64,000 nt of DNA from an uncultured Verrucomicrobiae bacterium (GCA_963719495.1 CAVRCI010000002.1:128001-192000); one strand, 5' to 3'. Shown: positions 1 through 10,649, counted from the stretch's first letter. The notes: generated by a model not told the origin, from the sequence alone. Translations and numbers: made by a program.

Positions 1-368
1 GGACATGATGGCCGGCCGTAGCATCCGACAGGGGCTAAACCGTGGAAGTCAGGAACAATTCAACCACATGGACCGAGGCTCGTGCCAGACTGGTCGTGGC
101 AATCTTTCCTCGTGATGGTGAAAATGTAGTCGAAACAGATCAATCAGCGAAGTCGCGGAGGCGCAAGCTCGACCCGGCTCTGCGGGTGGAGCGGCGAGAC
201 CCGGAACGGCGGAGTGAGATCGGAGAGGTGGAAGAGGGCGTCTGTGACGAGGGGAGTCGGCGGATGGAAGGGGAAAGGGGCATCCAGTCGAATTCTCTCG
301 GCTCAGTCGCCCGATCGAATCAAAAGCAAGCGTTTCTAAACCGAACTCAATCATTATTTTTTGTATAA
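1..368 (-). repeat. Repeated cassette family B copy (partial); 101-codon ORF 49-354
   Basis: Closely similar to 18513-18892 and 27218-27596. Confidence 0.85.
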
Positions 369-495
369 GGCGACCGTCAAGCTCAGCCACCCTGAGCGGG
401 TAATCGAGCCAACCCTGAGGTGAGCTGCCGATAGCGGGTCCGAGCAACCCCAGCCAGCGAAGCGGCTAGGGGTTGGCTGCAGCGCCTTGTTAGGC
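369..495 (-). other. attC site (representative of the dominant 127-bp type)
   Basis: R/L boxes: gct-cagcca-ccct pairs with aggggTtggctgCagc, leaving extrahelical C and T on the + (bottom) strand. Confidence 0.93.
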
Positions 496-954
496 CGCAT
501 TTTCAGCTTCTTCATTTCGGATTGGGTAATCCTTCAGAATTCGATTCAATTGAAGCAGTGCGTCATTGAGATATGACTGATCAATATCAAAAATAAATTT
601 GTGACTCTGAATCAAGGCATCAGGCGTGATTAAACAGGTTGCTTGGATTTGTCCGAGCCGGTTGCAATCGAGCGATAAAGCCAAATTTGGTTCTATCGTT
701 GGTAATGCTGCCTCTCCTTTACACGCGCCATTTAGAATCTGAACCTCATTTCGTAGAATTTCAATTTCATCGATCCGGATAAATGGTCCGTGAATGGAGA
801 CATCGGCTCCCTGATCTGAGCAATTTGCGGTGATATTGAGCCAGTTGCCGTCCCAAAAGTCTGATGAATCGGGAAATTGCCTTCCCGAAATCCATATTTT
901 CAGACGGCCGATTTGAATATCTGGACTTTCGGTCGGAAGCTGATTTATTTTCAC
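490..954 (-). CDS. Cassette hypothetical protein (possibly WapI-like immunity protein)
   Basis: Fills the cassette, TAA in R''; RQFP..WDGNWL motif. Confidence 0.75.
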   Translation of the reverse strand: MKINQLPTESPDIQIGRLKIWISGRQFPDSSDFWDGNWLNITANCSDQGADVSIHGPFIRIDEIEILRNEVQILNGACKGEAALPTIEPNLALSLDCNRLGQIQATCLITPDALIQSHKFIFDIDQSYLNDALLQLNRILKDYPIRNEEAENAA

Positions 955-1099
955 TCTTATGGCCTAACGTCAAGCTCAGCCACCCTGAGCGGGCAATCAA
1001 GCCAACGCCGAGGCGGGCTGCCAGTAGCGGGACCGAGCAACCCCAGCCAGCGAAGCGGCTAGGGGTTGGCTGCAGCGCCTTGTTCGGCTGTATCGCATT

Positions 1100-1528
1100 T
1101 TAGTTTCGATGGCTCAGTCCGGGGATTCTAAATTCTTGAAGGCACTTCTCGCAGCGGTGGACTCTCCAGCTTGCCGACTCAATCTCGATATATCGGGGAA
1201 GCTCGGAAAGCCGGTGCATGCAAACAGGGCAGTTGGGAACAGCGAGAACTGCTCGATATATGAGATACCCGACAAGCCAAACGGATAATCCGATAGCCGC
1301 GACCACCAGACAAGCGTTCGCCCAGTGATTGTCCTGAAGATGGTTACTAAAAGTCGGTCCTGCCATGATTATCACTATGACAATCGCAAAAATAGCAAGT
1401 GATTTAGCAAATGTCTCTCGATGGAATCCGGAGACTTCACGTGGTAACTCTTTATCTTCAAGCATTGTGGAAGTTGATGGACTTGGGTTCATGTCAGTCT
1501 CGAAAAGACAGAGTTGGTAATCGAACAA
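1100..1528 (-). CDS. Cassette membrane protein with C-terminal Zn ribbon
   Basis: 2 TM segments, CPVC...CEKC; start uncertain. Confidence 0.7.
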   Translation of the reverse strand: MFDYQLCLFETDMNPSPSTSTMLEDKELPREVSGFHRETFAKSLAIFAIVIVIIMAGPTFSNHLQDNHWANACLVVAAIGLSVWLVGYLIYRAVLAVPNCPVCMHRLSELPRYIEIESASWRVHRCEKCLQEFRIPGLSHRN

Positions 1529-1743
1529 CGAACTCGACTGGAGACAAATTGGACGATCCGAAGAGGTCCTGGGTCATGCAGCAAGTTGCTCAGAAATATC
1601 ATCCACCCGAGGTCGAGCCGAACGTCAAGCTCAGCCACCCTGAGCGGGCAATCAAGCCAACCCTGAGGTGAGCTGCCAATAGCGGGAACGAGCAACCCCA
1701 GCCAGCGAAGCGGCTAGGGGTTGGCTGCAGCGCCTTGTTCGAC

Positions 1744-2230
1744 GCGCATCTGTTCAAACTACGCATATCGTGACTTCCTCAAGCCAACCCCTCCGTATCT
1801 CTACCGAAGGCACTCCAATAATGAAGATCAAACCTTCGAAGAGGCTTCGTGATTGGAATCACTGAAATGCGATTGGAAGATTGTAGAGAGTAAAGGCTGA
1901 AGTGGAGCGGGAGGCTTGGGATCAAGCTCACAAATATACGTCTGGAAGTTTGTAGGGGGTAGAGGCTTAATTGGAATAGAGAGCGGGCATCAAGCTCACA
2001 AATAGAAGCTTAAAACGATTGTTGGGACATCTGGTGACTTCCGAACGATTGGTCGAAAATCAAAATATTCTATCCGTTGAGAAACTGTGTTTGTTGCCTA
2101 GGCCCCGATCCTCCGTCCTACGCTAGTCAAAAAAATAGAACCCGACCGCTTGAAACAAGATGTGGTGTTCCCTGACGGCGTCCGAATATGTAAGAGCGAA
2201 ATATAGTCATCCGCCGGAGGCTCACAATGA
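1744..2230 (-). repeat. Repeated gene-less cassette family C copy
   Basis: Matches 14606-15096 and 44336-44823. Confidence 0.85.
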
Positions 2231-2358
2231 GTCGAACGTCAAGCTCAGCCACCCTGAGCGGGTAGCCGAGCCGACCCTGAGGTGAGCTGCCGGTAGCGGG
2301 ACCGAGCAACCCCAGCCAGCGAAGCGGCTAGGGGTTGGCTGCAGCGCCTTGTTCGGCT

Positions 2359-2649
2359 TCATCCATGCAGCGCTTCTAATACGATCTTTGGATGCCGTTC
2401 GGTGACCATGAGAAGCGCCCTGGCTGCTCCTTCCGGTTCTCGTCTCTTTTGCTCCCAATTCTGGATGGTTCGAGCACTTACCCCGATCATCAAGGCAAAT
2501 TCGGTCTGACTCAATCCTAGGTTTCCGCGGATGTGCTGAACATCGGGATTTGAGACCTCGGTTACCCGAAAGTCTTGCTTGTCACCGCGCTGAAACGAAC
2601 GAGCTTGCTTGATGCTACCAACCAGTAGTGAAAAATCTTCAGTATTCAT
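2359..2649 (-). CDS. HTH-Xre antitoxin (HigA/NadS-like)
   Basis: LGLSQTEFALMIGVSARTIQNWEQ HTH; ATGA overlap with toxin. Confidence 0.9.
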   Translation of the reverse strand: MNTEDFSLLVGSIKQARSFQRGDKQDFRVTEVSNPDVQHIRGNLGLSQTEFALMIGVSARTIQNWEQKRREPEGAARALLMVTERHPKIVLEALHG

Positions 2650-2960
2650 GAGAGTTCTTGCTGAACAAGTGTTCGGAGCACCTTGAGTTGTTCGTTCGTG
2701 AAGTTGTCTTGTTTGTTCTTCGGGTATGCGAGAAGTAGAAATATCGATCCCTCGTGAAGGATGTAGTAGATGACCCGGATGCCTCCACGCTTGCCGCGGC
2801 CTTGTGCGGACCAGCGTATTTTGCGAAGGCCACCGCTTCCGCGGATAAGATCGCCCGATTCAGGATTGAGCGAGAGAGTGACTTGAAAGTGGTGAAAATC
2901 GGCGTCATTGAGGAGCGTGGTGACCTGCTTGGTGAAAATAGGAGTTTCGATGAACTGCAC
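2646..2960 (-). CDS. RelE/HigB-family toxin
   Basis: FIETPIF..GDLIRGSGGLRKIRW..GKRGGIRVIYY. Confidence 0.92.
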   Translation of the reverse strand: MQFIETPIFTKQVTTLLNDADFHHFQVTLSLNPESGDLIRGSGGLRKIRWSAQGRGKRGGIRVIYYILHEGSIFLLLAYPKNKQDNFTNEQLKVLRTLVQQELS

Positions 2961-3133
2961 ATCATGAAAGATACGCCAATGGCGTATGCATGCAACTGAT
3001 TTCAGAGCCGAACGTCAAGCTCAGCCACCCTGAGCGGGCAACCGAGCCAACCCCCAGGTGAGCTGCCAATGGCGGGACCGAGCAACCCCAGCGAGCGAAG
3101 CGGCTAGGGGTTGGCTGCAGCGCCTTGTTCGGA

Positions 3134-3401
3134 TCCGCCCGTCCGTGGTCCCGTTGGATCTGCTATCTACAGCCTTGCTCATTGTCTAGCCGACTGATGA
3201 TCGAGCCATACTAACGAGTGATACTGATGCTGGTCGATAGCGAAATACGCAACGAATGAGCTGGGTAAAATACCTTGGTTTGGGCCTTCGGATACTCAAA
3301 GCAACCTCATTGTGATCACCTTCCGAATACGCCAATTTTATACAAAGCAAACTACGAACGAGTTTGTTTGCAATTCGGGCGTCCGGCGACTGGGGCATAG
3401 G
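3134..3401 (-). repeat. Repeated cassette family D copy
   Basis: tccgcccgtccgtggtccc...ggggcataggtccgaac shared with 4 other copies. Confidence 0.85.
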
Positions 3402-3498
3402 TCCGAACGTCAAGCTCAGCCACCCTGAGCGGGCAATCAAGCCAACCCTGAGGTGAGCTGCCAGTAGCGGGACCGAGCAACGCCAGCCAGCGATGCGG

Positions 3499-3861
3499 CT
3501 AGGGGTTGGCTGCAGCGCCTTGTTCGGTCTCAGGGCTCAATAATGCCACGACTGCAGAAATGACTTCTTGGAATGAATCCTCATTCAGATTCCCAATTTC
3601 AGCTTTGAAGAGACTTGAATTGGCGGTGAATAGCTTTCCCGGTCGGACATAGCTGACAACTTGCAGTGCTCCAGATAAAAAATCAGAGTCGGATATCTGA
3701 ACCGCGCGTTGATCCGAATATGATTTGCTCGTGACTTGGCAAAGAATCCAGTCATCGCGTTCCGCAGATGCAAGAACTACCGCCGGTCGAACCTTCGATT
3801 TTGAGAGGTCCGAAAAGGGAAATGAGACCGTTACAACCGATCCTACTGAAGGTGTGCCCAT
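3499..3861 (-). CDS. PemK/MazF-family toxin
   Basis: FPFSDLSKSKVRPAVVL; stop lies inside attC. Confidence 0.9.
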   Translation of the reverse strand: MGTPSVGSVVTVSFPFSDLSKSKVRPAVVLASAERDDWILCQVTSKSYSDQRAVQISDSDFLSGALQVVSYVRPGKLFTANSSLFKAEIGNLNEDSFQEVISAVVALLSPETEQGAAANP

Positions 3862-4052
3862 GCAATGTCTTCCTCTGGTCGATTCCAGTCCTCCGCTAGC
3901 GCTGATTCGCTCAACAGAAGGGTATCCGATGCATTCGGCGAAGGTCCCTCGTCGAGAATGGTGACCAACGCTCGCCGAGCAGCCTGGAAATGAACAGGCT
4001 GCAAAAGATGAACGCCGCCTTCTGGTCCGACTATCGCTTCAACGGTCAACAT
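3843..4052 (-). CDS. Putative antitoxin
   Basis: Small acidic ORF overlapping the toxin; SESALAEDW..PEEDIAW motif. Confidence 0.8.
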   Translation of the reverse strand: MLTVEAIVGPEGGVHLLQPVHFQAARRALVTILDEGPSPNASDTLLLSESALAEDWNRPEEDIAWAHLQ

Positions 4053-4192
4053 TAACTCATGATATCGCTGGTTTGACGATCCACAAGGATTTATGACCGA
4101 ACGTCAAGCTCAGCCACCCTGAGCGGGTGACCAAGCCAACCCTGAGGTGAGCTGCCGGTAGCGGGTTCGAGCAACCCCAACCAGCGAAGCGG

Positions 4193-4987
4193 CTAGGGGT
4201 TGGCTGCAGCGCCTTGTTCGGTCCTCAGGATTTCACTCTGGAGTTGATCAATCGTTAGAAATGGCCTCGCTCGATGAATCATCCTATGACAATTAGAGCA
4301 TACGATAGCGAGATCGTTGAGACCTGTAGTTGCGGTTTCGCTGAGAGTATGAAGAGGCTGGAGATGATGCACCTCGCAGAATTCTGAGCCTATCGGTCCA
4401 TAGAAGCGCTCGAAGTCGAAATTACAGCATTCGCAAATCAGTTTCGCGCCCGTCGCTAGGATTGAGAGCCTCTTGGCTCTGATTGTTGATCGGTCCCTTT
4501 CCCTAACAAAATGCAATCTTGCTACCAACCTTCCTTCTTCTCGGCTTACAACATCGTCTAATTCCAAATCTGGCGCATGCTCGATCTTGTCATCAATATC
4601 TAGAAATTCGGGTGTAATGCAAATGGCGTAAGGCCGAAGAAAGTCGTCCCGGAGTGGCTCATTTGTGTTGGCGAGCGTGAGACTCGATAATGGTGGGACC
4701 AGAGAAATTGGTGTTAGGTCGTAATAGTCGACCTTTGTATGTCCACTTTCGTTGATCTCGAGTGATTGTATGCGCGCCCAATATCGAAGTCCGTCAATTC
4801 GCTCTCCGAAAGCCAAAATCAGTGGTAATTCTTGATCTAATTCTGTTGCTTTTCGGAGCATTGATACGGCAGTCATCCAGCTCTTACGTTCGATAAAAGA
4901 TCCCACTCCTCCGCTCATATAAACTGAGTCTAGCTCATTCGAATGACGGATTGTGTAAACCGATTTGGGGTATAGGGGCTCGTTCAT
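4193..4987 (-). CDS. HNH endonuclease (McrA-like C-terminus)
   Basis: CECC..FYG..EVHH..DLAIVCSNCHRMIH. Confidence 0.88.
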   Translation of the reverse strand: MNEPLYPKSVYTIRHSNELDSVYMSGGVGSFIERKSWMTAVSMLRKATELDQELPLILAFGERIDGLRYWARIQSLEINESGHTKVDYYDLTPISLVPPLSSLTLANTNEPLRDDFLRPYAICITPEFLDIDDKIEHAPDLELDDVVSREEGRLVARLHFVRERDRSTIRAKRLSILATGAKLICECCNFDFERFYGPIGSEFCEVHHLQPLHTLSETATTGLNDLAIVCSNCHRMIHRARPFLTIDQLQSEILRTEQGAAANP

Positions 4988-5126
4988 GATTTGTATGACC
5001 GAACGTCAAGCTCAGCCACCCTGAGCGGGGCAACGAATGTCTAGGAAAGGTGTTTGCGGGAGGGGGATCGGTCGGCCAAGGCTTGCCGTAGGCCGGCTAG
5101 GGGTTGGCTGCAGCGCCTTGTTCGTC

Positions 5127-5462
5127 GGAAGAGGTGACTGCACAATGGAGGACCCGATCGTCCGACAGGCCGACGATGGTCAAACCCAGCAAGCGGCTTC
5201 GTTAGAGCATTCAGTAGAAGAGGCTTCTGTGGTCCAGATTGACTACGCATTATAAATATATTGCTCGTGACAAGAGCAGGGCGGAACGGATTCTGGATGG
5301 ATTTACTCATGCCGCGTGAGCGCCCCAGGCGTCCATGGCAGGCGAATAACCGTTGGGGTCGAATCGGGAGTGATCAATGGAAAACTAGAATCGTGCTCAA
5401 TCGTATGCCGAAGGGAATCGAGCAACTCTGAACCTTCCCTTGATCTCCCCTCTAATAAATCA
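5127..5462 (-). repeat. Repeated cassette family A copy (336 bp)
   Basis: One of 13 copies. Confidence 0.9.
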
Positions 5463-5589
5463 GGCGAACGTCAAGCTCAGCCACCCTGAACGGACGACCG
5501 GAGACAACTGGTGATCAACTGCCGGTGGCGGGACCGCGCAACCCCAGCAGCGAAGCGGCTAGGGGTTGGCTGCAGCGCCTTGTTCGCTT

Positions 5590-6252
5590 TCATTCCTTCT
5601 TTTTTATCTCTTTGAGATAACGTTCATACTCTATGCCGAGTATCTTGAACTTTTGAGCAAATGGAATTACGACTAGAGCTACAACGATACCAAGAAGCGT
5701 CAGTCTGGTTGAGTCAACTAATTCAATTGCTGCCTGATCGCAGAAGAAGTCGACGATAGCTAGAATAAAAAAGATACCGGCGATCACCCAGCATACTGTT
5801 TGAAAGCGGTCTTTCGTCTGCTCGATGTCGGTAGCAATCTGTTCTTTCGTCGTCGCGACGGAATTAGCGGACAAAGAATGATACGAAGGAAATAATTCTG
5901 GACTTAAAGGTTGGACAGAATTCCCGCTATCGACGTAATAGAAATCGAAAGGCTTGTCAAATGCAGGTCCCTTGGCTCGAACGACCAAGTAGCAGGGTGC
6001 GCCAACAGCACGGGCCGCTTTGGAATATGCAATGAGCTGTGCAAAGACTTTTCGTTGGACAGAGTCATCAACCGCTCCTTTAACCTCGAAGAATGCAATC
6101 CGACGGTCTCTCGAAAGGTCGGTGATGGCAAAATCCGGTCGATATCGGTCACCAAGTCGGGCTTCGAATGCAATGGCATCCGCGGGATAGCCTTTCTTGA
6201 GAAGAAATTGATGAAATTCCTGTTCAAGTTCCGAGTGAAAAGATGGATTCAT
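5590..6252 (-). CDS. PD-(D/E)XK (HsdR-N-like) nuclease domain plus 2 C-terminal TM helices
   Basis: KGYP..RPDFAI..FFEVK; hydrophobic C-terminus. Confidence 0.75.
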   Translation of the reverse strand: MNPSFHSELEQEFHQFLLKKGYPADAIAFEARLGDRYRPDFAITDLSRDRRIAFFEVKGAVDDSVQRKVFAQLIAYSKAARAVGAPCYLVVRAKGPAFDKPFDFYYVDSGNSVQPLSPELFPSYHSLSANSVATTKEQIATDIEQTKDRFQTVCWVIAGIFFILAIVDFFCDQAAIELVDSTRLTLLGIVVALVVIPFAQKFKILGIEYERYLKEIKKKE

Positions 6253-6569
6253 TTATAAATAGCGAACGTCAAGCTCAGCCACCCTGAGCGGGCAATCAAG
6301 CCAACCCTGAGGTGAGCTGCCGTTAGCGGGACCGAGCAACCCCAGCCAGCGAAGCGGCTAGGGGTTGGCTGCAGCGCCTTGTTAGACCGCATTTATTTAT
6401 TTGGGCTGTAATCCGATCCAACGAATTCGTGCATGATTCTGCACCTCAATTCGTTGACGATGGTCCGAGAACGAGAATTACGAATTATTGCGGTAGGCAG
6501 GAGGCTGTGACCAAGCCGTTGGCGAAGAACTATTGTATCCGGAGCAAGCGTTTCGCATGACAGTCGCTT

Positions 6570-6920
6570 CTAAAAATCGTTTTTCAATTCGCCGAGTTTC
6601 GTGATCACCCATACCAGGTAGTAGATGGATAGTCCTCCATAGATGATCGAATAGTCGGTTCCGGTAGGAAGGGGAGCGAGTGTGAAAAACGCCACTGCTG
6701 ATGCGAAGCCGACGAGCGAGAGTCCCCAGGAATAGACTGATCGAAAAGGAACGAAGGTCCCAATGAGAAAAGAACCTAGGAAAATGAGAAGAACCAAAAG
6801 GGCTGCTGTCATCCATCCCGGCGGATAGACTAAGATGCTTCCGATCATGAATATGAAGACTCCAAGCGCGGAAAGCGCAGTAGCGATCGACAGGAGGATT
6901 CGAGCAGCGGAAAGAATCAT
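6570..6920 (-). CDS. Cassette membrane protein
   Basis: About 4 TM segments; ATG just after R'. Confidence 0.75.
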   Translation of the reverse strand: MILSAARILLSIATALSALGVFIFMIGSILVYPPGWMTAALLVLLIFLGSFLIGTFVPFRSVYSWGLSLVGFASAVAFFTLAPLPTGTDYSIIYGGLSIYYLVWVITKLGELKNDF

Positions 6921-7025
6921 TTTTTATGGTCTAACGTCAAGCTCAGCCACCCTGAGCTTGTATAGGGATTTGGCAAACGGAACAACTGCCTGTAGAGGGT
7001 TCCTCAACCCAAGTCGCGATAGCGG

Positions 7026-7397
7026 CTAGGGGTTGGCTGCAGCGCCTTGTTCGGCCTCATCCATTGGAGTCCGGGTATTGCTACGGTATAAGGGAATGAC
7101 GAGGAAGTAGATGATGGCACCAATGAAGTTTGTAAAAATAATCACCATCGTCCAAACGATTTTGTCTGTTGCCGAAAGGCCGCTATTCAGAAGCATGCAA
7201 ATAAGTGCCGCTATCCAAATTGCGAACAGAGCTACAGCCGACGCAAGCATCGCAACCGGAATCATTGAAACAAGGGTCTGTTCGATTCTTGTCTGGCCGT
7301 CGGGATCGGCAATCCCATAGGAGATACCCGTGTATAAAATACCTGCCGCGAATGCAAAAAATATAATAGAGATGAGAAGGAGGGAAGCGCGCTTCAT
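7026..7397 (-). CDS. Membrane protein with PLDc_N-like motif
   Basis: DKIVWTMVIIFTNFIGAIIYF. Confidence 0.75.
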   Translation of the reverse strand: MKRASLLLISIIFFAFAAGILYTGISYGIADPDGQTRIEQTLVSMIPVAMLASAVALFAIWIAALICMLLNSGLSATDKIVWTMVIIFTNFIGAIIYFLVIPLYRSNTRTPMDEAEQGAAANP

Positions 7398-7545
7398 ATG
7401 TAGTTATGTTTAATTGGCCGAACGTCAAGCTCAGCCACCCTGAGCGGGGCAACGAACGTCTAGGAAAGGTGTTTGCGGGAAGGGGATCGGTCGGCCAAGG
7501 CTTGCCTCAGGCCGGCTAGGGGTTGGCTGCAGCGCCTTGTTCGTC

Positions 7546-7881
7546 GGAAGAGGTGACTGCCCCATGGAGGACCCGATCGTCCGACAGGCCGACGATGGTC
7601 AAACCCAGCAAGCGGCTTCGTTAGAGCATTCAGTAGAAGAGGCTTCTGTGGTCCAGATCGACTCCGCATTATAAATATATTGCTCGTGACAAGAGAAGGG
7701 CGAAACGGATTCTGGATTGATCTACTCTTGCCGCGTGAGCGCCCGAAGCGTGCATGGCAGGGGAATAACCGTTGGCGTCGAATCGGGAGTGATGAATGGA
7801 AAACCAGAATCGTGCTCAATCGTATGCCGACGGGAATCGAATAACTCTGAACCTTCCCTTGATCTCAACTCCAATAAATCA
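7546..7881 (-). repeat. Family A copy (336 bp)
   Basis: One of 13 copies. Confidence 0.9.
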
Positions 7882-8014
7882 GGCGAACGTCAAGCTCAGC
7901 CACCCCGAACGGGTAATCGAGCCAACCCTGAGGTGAACTGCCAATAGCGGGAACGAGCAACCCCAGCCAGCGAAGCGGCTAGGGGTTGGCTGCAGCGCCT
8001 TGTTAGGCTGTATT

Positions 8015-8572
8015 TCACGTGAATTGATAGAGAATATCCTCGTCTAAAGTGAGAAGAGTTTCGCCCGTCAGTCCTGATCTATCGACACATTTTCTGCAGC
8101 ACATATTGACCTGTTCTGAGCAAATAGCTCCGCGGTAGAAATGGAGAAGCAATCCGAAAAAGCGCGCATTTTCAATTTTCAGGATTTGATTAATCAGTAG
8201 AATCCAGTCGTGAGTTGCACGTATGTCAGCCGACTTCCGTAACTCGCTCGTTCGCTCGTCACGAAGTTGAATGTTGGATTGCTGTTCGATCCAGCGAGAA
8301 ATCTTGGATTGCGACCATCCCTTGCGGCGGAGTGAGTCCGTCTTGCGATGAAAATCATTGTGCGGTGTCTTGAATCGATTGATTGATCCGAGAACGGATC
8401 CACAATCGCACATTCCCTTCGTTGTCGAAAAATACAAGTCGTCCTCTGATAATTGATCCTGAATGTATTGGTTTTCACAAATCGAAAATTTTCGGCCAAA
8501 GTTCGAGCCTATTCGTGCGATCTGTGAAAAATCGGCTCTTTTGGAGACGGTAGCAGTGATGTAGAGGCACAT
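8015..8572 (-). CDS. Cassette hypothetical protein (MC start, CDCGS motif)
   Basis: Fills the cassette. Confidence 0.75.
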   Translation of the reverse strand: MCLYITATVSKRADFSQIARIGSNFGRKFSICENQYIQDQLSEDDLYFSTTKGMCDCGSVLGSINRFKTPHNDFHRKTDSLRRKGWSQSKISRWIEQQSNIQLRDERTSELRKSADIRATHDWILLINQILKIENARFFGLLLHFYRGAICSEQVNMCCRKCVDRSGLTGETLLTLDEDILYQFT

Positions 8573-8581
8573 TTAATATAA

Positions 8582-8677
8582 GCCTAACGTTAGAAGTGTG
8601 GCACGGCGGGTGAATGGCGTCCAGAGCGAAGCGAACTAGAGGCGTTGTCCGCCGTTGCCACCATTGACTTGTTAGCC
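8582..8677 (-). other. attC site of a foreign type (96 bp)
   Basis: gcctaac...gtggca-cggcgg / ccgccgttgccac...gttagcc; unrelated to the local attC consensus. Confidence 0.8.
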
Positions 8678-8694
8678 ATCTTTGATTCCACGAT

Positions 8695-9108
8695 TTAGGT
8701 GGATAATCTTGGGTTGTTAAATTCGCCGCGGTCGTAGATCCGCTTGAATCTCTCAAGGTTCTCATCGTAATCGTAAATTTGTATCTGCGCTAAGCCGCTT
8801 GAATAAAACCGAATAGAACCTTTCGCGCCGTCCTGAGATTGAATGACCTGAATCATATCTCGAATGTGTCGGTATAATTGCTCGTTTTCTAGCCATGCTA
8901 AATTGATCGATCGTTGATGAAACCATTTGTATAATGTCCAGCCCTGAAACGTGGCAATTCTCTTTAGAAACAACGCATCCCCGTTAAAGCAAACCCACTT
9001 CGAAACATTACTAATAAAAAGTCTCCCTGTAAAAGGAAGTTCAAGATCGTGAGTGCCGTTAATCCACACGGAATCACGCCAGCCGTCTATTTTATTGAAT
9101 TGCACCAC
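8695..9108 (-). CDS. Cassette hypothetical protein
   Basis: Fills the cassette that carries the foreign attC. Confidence 0.65.
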   Translation of the reverse strand: MVQFNKIDGWRDSVWINGTHDLELPFTGRLFISNVSKWVCFNGDALFLKRIATFQGWTLYKWFHQRSINLAWLENEQLYRHIRDMIQVIQSQDGAKGSIRFYSSGLAQIQIYDYDENLERFKRIYDRGEFNNPRLST

Positions 9109-9276
9109 GCGATTCTGTGTGTTCTTTCACGTTCTAGTTTGGATTTTCCGGCTAACGTCAAGCTCAGCCACCCTGAGCGGGTAACCGAGCCAGCCCTGAG
9201 GTGAACTGCCAGTAGCGGGTCCGCGCAACCCCAGCCAGCGAAGCGGCTAGGGGTTGGCTGCAGCGCCTTGTTAGAC

Positions 9277-9655
9277 TCGTATTACTTTTCTCCGTTTCTG
9301 GATGTTCCGGCTTCTACGTATAATTGTGTGAGGGGAAGCTGCCTCGAATGTGGCGATCGTAGAGGAGTTAAGTTCAGTGAGCCAGTGGCATCAGTCCTCA
9401 TCGGATGAATTATGCAGAATTGCTCAAAAAAATTCGAGTGCTGCGCACATAATATGAGTTCGCCTTCGGATCACTTTTAATAACCGTTCTCGCTTCGCTC
9501 GACTTTGAATCCAAGCCACTCGTTGAATTCATCCACCGGAGGTCTAGATATCGACACAAAATCCGCAGGCTCCACTGCAATGTTCGGCTTGGCTGAAGCG
9601 CTTCCTGCATCTCATAATTTCATCCACCGGAGGTCTTCATGATTTTTGTATAAGA
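9277..9655 (-). repeat. Repeated cassette family E copy
   Basis: Matches 17368-17747. Confidence 0.85.
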
Positions 9656-9789
9656 GTCTAACGTCAAGCTCTCTGACCCCGAACGGGCGGGAGAAAAAGG
9701 AGTGAGTGATCAACTGCAAAACGCCACGTTGAATAACCCAGACAGCCAACCGGCTAGGGGTTCAGTGCAGCGCCTTGTTCGGCTGTATT

Positions 9790-10071
9790 TTATTCTTTTA
9801 CCGAGTTGGTTTGTATCATTCGCAAAACTTCTTCCCACGCATCTTTTGAAGGGGGGAAGACACCTTCTGATCGGAACGGTGAACTTAATTCAAGCAACAT
9901 TATTGGCTCGCCGCCACAAACCTCGTCCAATAAAGACGACAAAGAATCAAAATCCAAATCAGACGATAATAAGTGAACTGGCCAACTCATTAGCCAAGCC
10001 ATATACTCAGGTCTGTCTGGCATATCTTTGGTGTAGACTAATATATACGCTGAAGAATGTTGCGGGATCAT
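9790..10071 (-). CDS. Hypothetical protein
   Basis: ORF ending next to attC. Confidence 0.45.
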   Translation of the reverse strand: MIPQHSSAYILVYTKDMPDRPEYMAWLMSWPVHLLSSDLDFDSLSSLLDEVCGGEPIMLLELSSPFRSEGVFPPSKDAWEEVLRMIQTNSVKE

Positions 10072-10649
10072 GGAATAACTATTATTGGAGTGTGGAAGTA
10101 AACCGTATGCGCGAAGCGCCTAGAATAAATAGGTGGCGTGTCTCCGGGAAGAATTAACTTCACAAATTACACAACCCTAGCTGGTCTGGTGATGGTCGGC
10201 TCTGCGACCTTCGCCTGACGAGCGGTATCTGCGGAAAATAACGATGAATTGGAATGTTTGCGAAGCCTTCTGGAGAACACCAAGGAGGGCTGACGTAGCG
10301 AAGCGAAGTCAAGTCCTATCTGGTGGTCGGAAGATGGCTGGTCGAACTACCTAAAACAAGTGATGTTGATAGCAATTTAATCGAGCCGCAAGCTGGTAGC
10401 GGAAGGGGAATCGAGGGGTCGCGGGCGATCCCCTGAGCATACTAGCTGGAGGCGGTGGAACAAGATTTGGTGCTCGTGCGCCAATAAGAAAGAAAAACTG
10501 TAAAAAAAGATATATGGCTTATTATAGAAACGACGGAAAACTATGCATTGGCTGGCCCAACGCATATGAAGAATTCAAATGGAACTGCAAAAACCTCTTT
10601 TGCGAAGTGCTGTCTATTGCAACCCTTGGTAAGATAAACATTACTCCCG

